Assembly (NCBI RefSeq): GCF_006345805.1
Contig: NC_043007.1
Location: forward strand, 44,454,001 to 44,518,000
DNA: 64,000 nt
From: Octopus sinensis
Taxonomy: Eukaryota
Reading direction: 5' to 3'
The translations under genes were made by a program, and so were the position numbers. Shown piece after piece: positions 12,537 to 23,268 of the stretch. A model generated the notes under the pieces. That model did no database searches. It was not told where the DNA came from and was given only the letters and a program-made list of their open reading frames with translations. How positions within the stretch are numbered: the first letter of the stretch is position 1; every line of letters starts with the position of its first letter.

Positions 12537-15500
12537 AGAATATATCATTAACAAAGTTAGGACCCTGTACACCACGTTATCATTGGTTTACAATTAAAAT
12601 ATATTAATAATTTGTTGTCGGTTATAAAAATCTAGATGCACTCGCTATTTAACTATTGTTAACAAAAACAAGGGTCCATTATTTAGATTATCCCATTTTG
12701 ACTAAACTCTCATATAGACTCATTACTGTTCATGTGAATCACCAGTTTCCTTGTTTTCAGAATTTTACCCTATTTAACCATTGGCTTATAACTCAAATAT
12801 CTGCCAATTAACAATGTAATGTGACCTAGTTTTCCTCATAATGTAGTTTGTTCAAGAGAATCTATTTAATGTAGCTGGGAATATTTCGTTTTTTAAAACA
12901 AACATCTATTTCAAGAACGCATGGCATATAGGGGAGATAACTCTCAGAAGCAAATTAGATCACGAACTGCTTGTTGCATTCCAAACGTCGAAGTCCAGTC
13001 ACCAGTAGATAGAGAGATGCCATCTTTAAGATGTTGGGGAGTAAAGACCATCACTTCCAGGACCAGACTCCACTGGAAAGAAAGTGATTACCTTCCTGAC
13101 TGGAGGACTCAACACTACACAGGACAAAAGTAGAAAGATAGAAGACAGACTGCATCTGTTATGTCATATTTACTGAATTTGGCAGTCATTGATTTCTTGC
13201 AGGTTTAGACTCTGGTTGATACTTGAATCTATTACTTTACTTATTTGCCCAAGACTTGAAAATTGTTGGTTAAGCTTTGACTAATTCAAATTGTTGTTTC
13301 TGGGTAAACATGAGTGTACTGGCCTCATTGTCATATATGTGAAAAGAGACAAGCAAGAAAAGAAACAATCTTTATGAATCAGATAGGCATAGCTAGAGAG
13401 TATAATTTGACCAAAACTTGCAATTTGTTTGGTAAATGACAATTTCATTTTTTTTAATAGCTTGTTCTTCTAAGTGGGTATATTGTTCCTATTTTTTTAA
13501 ATTATTTCGTTTTTTATATTAATCATCTTTGTAGAACTTTGGTGATTAGTGATAATGATAGTTCTTTTGTGCAGGCAAAATCACAGTTCCTGTGATGCAA
13601 GTGGCATTTTATTTACTTCAAATGCTGTTTGTACAAGTACAGAGGCCACAATGAAGCAGCGACTTAACATTCACAGAGGTTGAGGAGGATACTCAGTTGA
13701 AAAAAAGTCAGGAATGATGAGAACAAAAAGTGAATAAGGTGACTTGATACAGATTGGAGATTAACAGGTGTCAAGAATCTTATTTCTACCTGTAAATGCT
13801 GTAGATGAAGAGGAATTAAAGACGTGCAAAGCTATCTTCTCCAGAATGCAATGATGGTGAAAGAGATTGACTAGATGATGTGGGTGTAAATAGCATGACA
13901 AAATCATTAAGCTAAGCAGATTTTTCTGACTACCTGAGGCATATCACTAGTGCAATCAATGTAATTGAACTGTGGAATTCTTTGGATTTGTTTTTAATCA
14001 GATCTTGTGTGGCCAACGGGATGAGTAGATGTGAGTGAGAAATAACATTGGTTTATGCTTGAATAAAACAAACTCAATTGATAATTAGATGTGTGAACAA
14101 TAATCAAATCAGATAAACTTATGTGAACATAAAAATGATGCTGGAATCAATTTATGTAAGTATATTTTTAATTGGTATCCAATAGAATTGAATAAACAAC
14201 ATTTATGATTTATGTATGTAAACTATTTTTATCTATTGTTTCCAAGCTTAGAGACCTGAGTGAAGAAAATATCTGATTCCGATAGCTTTGAAAAAAGGTT
14301 TAGCCGTGATTACTTCCTTCGAGTTTTTTCTCTGGACGCTAACAGTAGAGTTGTACCATAAGATTGAATGATCTCAGTTGTAATGCTTTTGATCACAGGT
14401 CTGCTTAATCAGTGTCGATTTGAGACTAAACAATAACAAAACACTGGAATACCCTAAGGAAGGATGAAACGGTATGTGGTAGGTAGACCAACTAGAATTA
14501 GCAGCCACATCTCCCACAAACCTTAAAAAAAACAGGAGGGCATTTTAGATGTGATACTGGGTGTACCTGGAAAGGGGAAAGGCTGTTTGGCAGGAATGCT
14601 TTTAATCATTCATGGATCAAATGGAATATTTAAAGTAATCAACAAGGAAGGTTCTACGTAGTCATTCGACTTGCTAGAAATATCAGACAAATCTCATTCA
14701 AATCATGCTATTTAAAAAAAAAAAAAAAGGCCACATCAACTGATGTTCTAAACACACCACATCTGAAAAGAACCCCCGCCCCCAAAGAAATCAAGGAGAT
14801 TACCGCTGGAATACCTTTGATTGTAGACGATGCAACAAACTATTTGATTGTTAGCAAATAGTTAAATGGTAAATTTTAAAAAATATTTTTTGTATACTTG
14901 ATTTAAGAATACCACAGCAATTTTTGTTTAAATATGTTTTAATAATGTTATCAATTTTTTTTTTAAATATCAAGTTTTGCTTTTTCTACAATTTTTTCTT
15001 TCTTCAGACAGAGATTGTCAGGAGATTATATTGTTCTGTTTTCTGAAAAGAAAATTTTTTCAGTTCATAAAATAGGAAGGGCTATTTCGTTTCCAGGATT
15101 TCCTGAAAATGAAACAATTGTAAAAAAAAAATAAAAAACTAATTATCTCTGTATGCTGTCAATCTCTCGTTTTAATATACTTGGGTGGTTCATTTTCTCC
15201 TACAATTTTGTAATTTTGAGCAAATGTAGGAAACCTTTATTATGAAATAATTCACTCCTCATTTACCTGCCTGTTTTATCCACAGTATGTTTTCACCATC
15301 CATCCAGTAGTGAACGTTCAATCAGAGATCCTGTTTGCTATTTTACTAAGTGCTTGTCTCAAATAGTTTCATTTATTTATTTTTTCTTTTCCCGTGAGAT
15401 CGCTTTATCGTTAATAGAGAACAATCATTTAGTCGTAGGTGCGGTTGTTTTTTCAAAGTGAGAAAAAATATTTTTTATTTTGCTGTAGGTCTCTAGCAGG

Positions 15501-16048
15501 ACACGCATAAATGTGTACTGAAAGTAGAACTGTGGATAATATAACTGACAGGAAAGAGGCGAGAATAAATTAATTCAAGTGATCCTCCAGTTCAGAAAAC
15601 TTTCATTTTATAAGCCAGCTAATGAAGGTGATAAAACTGTTTCACTTTGAGAGGCCTTAAAGGTGAAAAAGTACCGACCTCCCCACCCCCAAAAAACCAC
15701 TGTACAATGTACACGTACACACACATATATATATATATATATATGGGTGGACGTCGGACTTAGGAAGCACCAAGTTAGAATTTTTCCGTTTGCACGGGGA
15801 TTGTCCGCCTATGTATATGTACATACATGCACGGTATGGTTTCTTGCATACATGCAAGGCTAATTATTAAGACGGAACTTATTGAAATGGGATGGGAGGT
15901 AAAGCTATCTGCGCAGGGGGATTGATCTCAAAATGTAGAGGGAGCTAGACGATATACTGTACATGAATAGTTCAACATGCAGCAGACTTTGTACACTGCA
16001 TGCCCTTGTTTTGTACACAAACTTCATTCGTTTTAGCATTGTACTTCT

Positions 16049-16885
16049 TTAGTCACCAGTGGGATCGAAGAAAACAATATTTTGTGGGAAGCTATCTTTA
16101 AGAATGATTCCCTTTTCCTTATTTACATCAAGTTCATCAATAAAACCAAACCAATAAATAACCATACCAGCTCCAAATCGGTTCCAGTAGCTCCAGTACT
16201 GTTCTCGTAGATATATCTCATGGTTAAACTCATCACCAAATGATGCTTTACTTTCGATCCAGTTAACAATATATCCGTCCACTGCAATAGGTATCTCTAA
16301 CTTAATGTCAGGGGTTTTATCATAACCTTTCTCTCTCATCACCTCCTCGCCGATGTAAGGTAGACTGAGAGATTCCAAGGTTTTTTTCAACTCGAATTCA
16401 TATTCGTAGCCAATAGCATGTTTGATACAATCCGTAAAGGGACCGTAATGATCGTCGACGGCTATACATTCCAATACTTCAGCTGACAATACGTGATCAT
16501 CAATTGTCAAAGGAGATTTCAAATATTTAGAAAGAGTTACTTTTGGAATATGGTCCTTGTCGAGAGTTACCATGAGATGCTCTTCCAAAACAATTCTAGC
16601 TAATTGCGATGGTGAAAAATCTGCTTCTTCTGACATTCGATACAAGATATGTTTTTCCTGTCTATCACGAGCGGCCAGAAACTTCTTGTAGTATACTGCT
16701 GTCTGTTTGGGATTGTAATGATAGTGGTGGGTACGCCGTAGTTTCTTCTGGTTCTCTTGTGAATATATACTACCCATAGTAGCAATACTCACATTTGGAA
16801 ATTCACTACATAATTCTGGTAATTCATCCCGGCGTCGAACATGTTTCAATTTTGCAACGATTTTCTTGTACGTGTCAATTCTCAT
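16049..16885 (-). CDS. CDIN1: CDAN1-interacting nuclease 1 (C15orf41 homologue), single-exon CDS, 278 aa
   Basis: Uninterrupted ORF from ATG 16885; C-terminal GYDKTPDIKLEIPIAVDGYIVNWIESKASFGD...EQYWSYWNRFGAGMVIYWFGFIDELD is the C15orf41 TPD / PD-(D/E)XK nuclease domain. Confidence 0.95.
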   Translation of the reverse strand: MRIDTYKKIVAKLKHVRRRDELPELCSEFPNVSIATMGSIYSQENQKKLRRTHHYHYNPKQTAVYYKKFLAARDRQEKHILYRMSEEADFSPSQLARIVLEEHLMVTLDKDHIPKVTLSKYLKSPLTIDDHVLSAEVLECIAVDDHYGPFTDCIKHAIGYEYEFELKKTLESLSLPYIGEEVMREKGYDKTPDIKLEIPIAVDGYIVNWIESKASFGDEFNHEIYLREQYWSYWNRFGAGMVIYWFGFIDELDVNKEKGIILKDSFPQNIVFFDPTGD

Positions 16886-17243
16886 ATTGAGATCCAACAA
16901 ACGGACACCACAAATTTGCAAAAGTTCAAATTTGATTTATCCGCGACGCAAAAGAACGGTGTAAGACAAGGGAGATAATTATGGCGGTATACTTCGAATA
17001 TTATGAAATTAAGTTTAGTAGTCAGGGCTGTGTTTCGTATGTAATAATAGTTATAGTTGAGAACTTCGATCTGGTGAAAATTTCAAACACTTTAAGTGGT
17101 TGGAATATTCAAAATGTAAACCAAGGGAAATATCAACTAATCTAAAATTTGGGGAAATAATAACGATGCAGATTGAGTAAACATTGCCTTCAATAGGCAA
17201 CTTGTGAGACTCAACAGACGTTGTTTCTCACCAGCTGGTTAAT

Positions 17244-17574
17244 GGTACTAGTAGCGAACAGTGGTCCCGGTGCGCTAACTCGCGCATCCGCGCTAGCTAG
17301 TCGTAAGTAATAGATCCTACGACAACTTGCGCGTATGCGATACATGATTGTATTTCAAGGCTGAATACATATCAAAGAAAATGGTTTTTTTTTTAAAACC
17401 AATGTATAGGTACTATTAGCGAACACAAAGTAAATAATAATAAAAAAAAAAATTTAAACCCTAACCCTAACCTTAGTTTGTTTATAAAAAATAATTTATT
17501 TACTTAGTTGTAGCATCGACTGCTTACGACTAGCGCGAGTGCGCGCACCGGGACCACTGTTCGCTAGTAGTACC
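17244..17574. mobile_element. MITE with about 32-bp near-perfect TIRs and 9-bp TSD (MULE- or Merlin-like)
   Basis: TIR ggtactagtagcgaacagtggtcccggtgcgc vs reverse complement of the right end (1 mismatch); TSD CTGGTTAAT at 17235-17243 and 17575-17583. Confidence 0.88.
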
Positions 17575-17707
17575 CTGGTTAATTTAACTTGGCTTGGGAA
17601 TAATTATTTAACTTTGTAAATGACAGAAAAATAATTTGTATGTATAACCCATCATCTTGATTGATTACAGAATGTAGTACCATTATCTTCATTCCTTTGT
17701 CTACACG

Positions 17708-17715
<8 letters not shown>

Positions 17716-17793
<78 letters not shown>
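17716..17793. repeat. (CA)n microsatellite
   Basis: Directly visible. Confidence 0.95.
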
Positions 17794-17795
<2 letters not shown>

Positions 17796-17941
17796 AAAAG
17801 TGTTTAAAAAAATTTGATATTTTGCAATCTAATAACTTTGCCAGTTCTTGTTCAAATGACTTCAAATTTTAACAGCATGTGTAGAAACAGGTCAAAATTT
17901 TATGTTTAATGTTTGATATGTTTATCTTTCCAGGTATAGAA

Positions 17942-18511
17942 ATGGCATTCACTGGAAGAGAAAAAGTGTTTTGTGTGTTGGAGTATGCTGGAACACAGTC
18001 GAACAAGACTGCAGTGTGCATTTGTGAGAGAACTTGCTAAAAAGTCACCAATGGCAATGCAGATTTGGACATGGCACAAAAAATTCAAAGAGGAAGGCTG
18101 TGTAGGGCAAAAGGATTTGGACAACCACTAACATCGGATGAGACGGTCGAATGGGTTTAGCAAAAACTCTTGCGAAGCCCCAAGTAGTCCATAAGAAGAA
18201 CAAATCTGGAAACCCAAATTCCTCCAACGACAGTTTGACGCGTCCTGAGGAAATGCTTGTTAATAAAACCCTACAAGCTGCAGCTCGTTCAGGCCATAAC
18301 AACAGATGACAAGCAAAAGCGCCAACATGGGGCTATGTGAAGGGCCTAGTCTATGTCCCCACCTCTTCCTGTAAACCAAGAAGAACTTGAACAGAGAATC
18401 ACTACCACACTGGAGAACGTTACTCAAGACATGCTGCGTGTTTGGGAGGAGTTGGACTACCGACTTGACGTATGCTGTGTCTCAGGTGCTGCGCATATTG
18501 AACATTTGTGA
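17942..18511 (+). mobile_element. Degenerate, internally deleted mariner-superfamily transposase (DUF4817/HTH N-terminus type)
   Basis: Frameshifted pieces MAFTGREKVFCVLEYA...QIWTWHKKFKEEGC, PYKLQLVQAITTDDKQKR, WGYVKGLVYVP, MLRVWEELDYRLDVC...HIEHL*; most of the catalytic core is missing. Confidence 0.75.
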
Positions 18512-19134
18512 AATCATTCATGGAATCCACATACTTTTGAATTTCTCATTCAAATTTGGAGGAATGAATCTTATGTTGCACAACATTAAGCCTGTTTAGT
18601 TTCATTTGCTTTGACTATGTAGTTTCTGTGATATTTACATCTATGGTGGATTCGATCCACCAAAGTCAAACTTAAATTAACACTGCAACAGAACTTTTCC
18701 CACGATGGAACAATGGTTTTTCTCTGACAGCAGTTTTACATTTTCCAGATGCCTTTAGCTAGGCCGAAATAATGTCTTCACCACTCGACCCTTTCTAACC
18801 TCTTCTACTTCACCTAAAGCTAGAATAGATAACAAGACCACCAACTATTGTTCTCAATGATATATCTATCCTTCTGGATCTTAATATAAGCAAGCACATC
18901 CCAAGCAAAAATAAGTCAGTCACATCATGATGACTCAACGAGTTCTGGCTGACCAACCTTGGTCAGAGGGAGAAATGAAGTTTACTGTCAGACACCACCC
19001 TACACTTCTCTCTAGCTCTAATTCTGTTCTCTTACAACATCATTCTGTCTCAGCAATTACTACTGAACAATGAAGAGAACCCAAACTCAAACATTCTACC
19101 GCATCTAACTTTCGAATACTTTTGGATGTATCCA

Positions 19135-21921
19135 AAGAATGTACCCCACAACATAGACTGGTAGTGAGGACGACCAGAAGACAAACAACATGGAGAAGAA
19201 GGATCTAGAAGCTTAAAGATCCTGCGAATGGACAGAGATTTAGGGACATATTACTTGAAGCCTTTGACGAAGTCGAAGGGGATAGAGCTTCACATGGGGT
19301 AGAAGACAACTGGGCGTTTCTAAGGGACAACCTGCTGAGAGCCACTGACCAGATCTGTGGCTGGTGCAAAGTCCCCTCTCGACCCAAAATAACGTGGTGG
19401 TGGAACAATGTTGTAGACAGGGCTATTAGAGAAAAGAGACAGGCTTGGAAGGACTGGAAGAATGGTGGTAGCATGGAATCGTATCAGACTGCCAAAAGAG
19501 AAGCTAGGAGACAGGTCTATTTAGCCAGAGGGGAAGCAGATGAGAAAAAATTTGCCAATGTTCTGCGCCGTGAGGACCAAAGACTTGAGGTGTTTCGTGT
19601 TGCAAGACAGTGTGTGAGAGAGAATCGTGAAGTGGTAGGAGAGAAATGTGTTCGCATGGATGATGGTTCACTTGCGCTAAATGAGGATGCAAAGAGAGAG
19701 GTTTGGAAACGCCACTATGAAAGGTTACTGAATAAAGAAAATGAATGGGATAAAGAGAGTCTGCCGAATGTCGACCCAACAGAGGGAGCAGCTATCCGAG
19801 TTGACAGTTCCTTGGTAGTTAAGGCAATTAGAAGCATGAAGACAGGGAAAGCCCCAGGCCCATCAGGAATCACTGCAGAGATGCTCAAAATATCTGGTTG
19901 TGTCGGCTATAGCCTAGTCACCCGTATAGTTAATCAGGTGATATACGAAGGAGTCATTCCCAATGACTGGTGTAGCAGCATAATAGTCAACTGTTACAAA
20001 GGTAAACGCCCTTGATACAAATAATTACAGAGGTATCACGCTGTTGGATCAGGTTATGAAGGTTACGGAGAGGGTCATAGCCCAACTGATTAGAGAGAGA
20101 GTTAGTTTAGATGAGATGTAGTTTGGGTTCGTGCCAGGGAAAAGTACCACTGATGCTATATTCCTGGTAAGGCTGCTGCAGGAGAAATGCCTAGCCAAAG
20201 ATAAGCTCCAGTACCTGGCTTTTGTTGACATGGAGAAAGCCTTCAACAGGGTCCCCTGATCCCTTATCTGGTGGTCAATGAGGAAACTAGGGATAGATGA
20301 ATGGTTAGTGAGAGCTGTACGAGTCATGTACAGGGACGCCGCTAGTAAGGTGAGGGTTGGCAACGAGTACAGTGAAGAATTCCGGGTAGAGGTTGGGGTC
20401 CACCAAGGCTCAGTCCTCAGCCCCCTCCTATTTATCATAGTCCTCCAGGCAATAACGGAGGAATTCAAGACAGGATGCCCCTGGGAGCTCCTCTATGCTG
20501 ATGACCTTGCTCTAATTACCGAGTCACAATCAGAACTGGAGGAGAAGTTTCAGGTGTGGAAGCAAGGATTAGAATCGAAGGGCCTTAGTGTCAATCTAGC
20601 TAAAACCAAAGTCCTAATAAGTAGGAAGGTAGACAAATCACAAACGGCTTCAGGTAGATAGCCCTGCTCGATCTGTAGAAAAGGTGTAGGTAAAAACTCT
20701 ATAAGATGCACCAAGTGTAAGCTATGGACACATAAGAGGTGCAGCAATGTCAAAGGAAGGCTAACTAGGAAGATAGTTTTTGTATGTGGCAGATGCTCAG
20801 GAGCAATAAACACTGAAAATGCTCTGAGACCAACTTCTACCACATTTCAGGGAAAAAACTAGAAATAGTTGATAGCTTCCGTTACCTAGGTGACCAAGTC
20901 AGTAGCGGGGGCGGGCGTGCTGAAAGTGTAACTGCTAGAGTAAGAATAGCTTGGGCAAAGTTCAGAGAGCTCTTACCTCTGCTGGTGACAAAAGGCCTCT
21001 CGTTCAGAGTAAAAGGCAGACTGTATGACGCATGTGTACGAACAACCATGCTACATGTCAGTGAAACATGGGCCGTGACTGCTGAGGATATGCGTAAGCT
21101 CGCAAGAAATGAAGCCAGTATGCTCCGATGGATGTGTAATGTCAGTGTTCATACTCGACAGAGTGTAAGTACCTTGAGAGAAAAGTTGGACCTAAGAATC
21201 ATCAGTTGTGGTGTGCAAGAGAGACGTTTGCACTGGTATGGTCATGTGGCGAGAATGGATGAAGATAGTTGTGTGAAAAAGTGCCACTCCCTAGCGGTTG
21301 AGGGAACCTGTGGAAGAGGCAGACCCAGGAAAACCTGGGACGAGGTGGTGAAGCACGACCTTCGAACTTTAGGTTTTACGGAGGAAATGACTAGAGACTG
21401 AGACCTTTGGAAGTATGCTGTGCGTGAGAAGACCTGGCAGGACAAGTGAGACCATAACCCGTGGCCTCTACATGGGATGTAGCTAGTCCACTTATGCATA
21501 CCTTTCCTTCTTGGGATACAAAATTCAACTTGTGAAGACCTGTTGTGGTAAGTGAAAATACAAATCAAAATCGAAATCGATCAACATCAATGGAAATTGC
21601 AGCTGTGATACCAGTACCAGTGGTACGTAAGAGAACCATCCGAACGTGGCCGTTGCCAGCGCCGACCCGACTGGCCTCGTGCCGGTGGCACGAAAAAAGC
21701 ACCATCCGGTCGTGGCCGTTTGTTAGCCTCGTCTGGCACGTAAAAAGCACCCACTATACTCACGGAGTGGTTGGCGTTAGGAAGGGCATCCGGCCGTAGA
21801 AACATTGCCAGATCAGACTGGGCCTGGTGCAGCCTTCTGGCTTCCCAGACCCCAGTTGAACCGTCCAACCCATGCTAGCATGGAAAGCGGACGCTAACGA
21901 TGATGATAATAATGATGATGA
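19135..21921 (+). mobile_element. 5'-truncated RTE-clade LINE (end of APE domain, RT, PHD-like finger, 3' UTR, (GAT)n tail), inactivated
   Basis: ORF pieces 19473-20015, 20278-20661, 20985-21401 with GKAPGPSGI, GVHQGSVLSPLLF, LLYADDLAL, RRLHWYGHVARM, RGRPRKTW; stops and frameshifts; tail gatgatgataataatgatgatga. Confidence 0.93.
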
Positions 21922-22124
21922 TATATATATATATGTTTCCTTTTCTGGAGTGCAGTCATGCATGCTGGGGCACTACCTTGAAAGGTTTTTAATCGAATAA
22001 ATCGCCATCAGTATTTAAGCTACAGGAGTTACAGGAACGTAAACAAATCAACACCGGAGAACAAATACAAGAACATTCGTGCGTGTGTGCACACATATAC
22101 GACGGGCTTCCACTTAGTAACATC

Positions 22125-22709
22125 TGTAGTGGATGTGTGGATGTATTAATAAATACATAAGTGCTTTGTAATAAATTAAAGATTTATTATCACTACATCA
22201 ATTTGTAAGCAATGTTACACATCGCTTGTACAAAATGCATATTAAATAGTGGTTGCAAATAATACATATTAAAGGAATGCATAATACAGGATACACATTA
22301 AAGCAGAATATGTTTGATGGTGTGTGTGTGTGCGTGTGTGTAAATCATGCATGACAGAGTCACCTTTCTGATTATTCTTTCGTCGTCCTCATAAATGCGT
22401 GGCGTTCTCTTAAACGTTGGTTCGGGTTCTCTCTAGATACCTATTTCTCCGTTCTATTTATAACATCTCAAATAGCCAGAAAAATAGATATACCGCAAGA
22501 GTGTTATTGCGTACAGTAGGTCGCTGGTCGTCCTGTTAAACTTCGCCTGACCTGCTCGGGTCAGAGGTCGAAGGGAGACGATCCATCATTTTTTGTCAGA
22601 ACAAAGAGATTCTGATTTCGCGCCTTTTTGTGCATTGGTATTTTACGACCAATGATTCTTGGGTCTGATTTCGAATCCAAGCTTTGAGAAGGAAGTGCTA
22701 ATTCTTACA
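22125..22709 (-). repeat. 3' LTR of Gypsy element
   Basis: Matches 27372-27956; one substitution seen by eye. Confidence 0.96.
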
Positions 22710-22721
22710 CTACCCCCTTCT
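22710..22721 (-). other. Polypurine tract
   Basis: AGAAGGGGGTAG on the minus strand immediately before the 3' LTR. Confidence 0.85.
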
Positions 22722-23268
22722 AGTGAGAAAGCCACAGAGATCGAACGATATTGGAAATGTATTATTATTATTATTTTTATTATTTTTTTTTTTTGATTGT
22801 GTGCATGAAGAAAAAATTTTTTTTACACATTGAACGATAAAAATATGGATGAAAGGTTTACAATTTGTATGTGCTATATGGTGGGCAATATGTATATGTG
22901 CCAGGCAGAATTATGTTGGCGCGTTGAAAGAGATGTGCGTCTATTGATTACTCGACCTACTAGAGGTCTAATAGAGACAAGGTATCTTTCAGTGGCGAAA
23001 AAAAAAAATCGAGTGATAGCACGCATGAGAACAAGATTTGTGTGTGGATATACAGTTAGCAAAAAAATATATTTATGAGAAAGCAAACATTTTGAAGAGA
23101 AAACAAAAAATATGTACATGCAAAAATGAAAGAAATGTTCATCGGCAAAGTTCGATTTTGAAATGTTCCGTAAAAGTTCATACAGACAGTTTTTGTTTTC
23201 ATTTTTTTTTCTTTACGTACACAAATGTTCTTTGATTTCTCTGGGTGGGTGATGCAGTTATGTGTTCA

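Noticed and set aside
14247-14276. Alternative COG2 last exons (here LRDLSEENI*, also near 9283 and 15489)
   Set aside because: 10941-11084 has a better acceptor, a plausible C-terminal length and a poly(A) signal.
16886-16921. N-terminal extension of CDIN1 in the ORF track
   Set aside because: Begins at a non-ATG codon; the first ATG at 16885 gives a protein of the expected size.
16981-17145. Short plus-strand ORF starting ATGGCG, divergent from CDIN1
   Set aside because: About 54 codons, no recognisable homology or downstream exons; more likely promoter sequence.
22722-23268. env-like third ORF in the Gypsy element
   Set aside because: Only short AT-rich ORFs without signal or fusion features; consistent with a 3' UTR.
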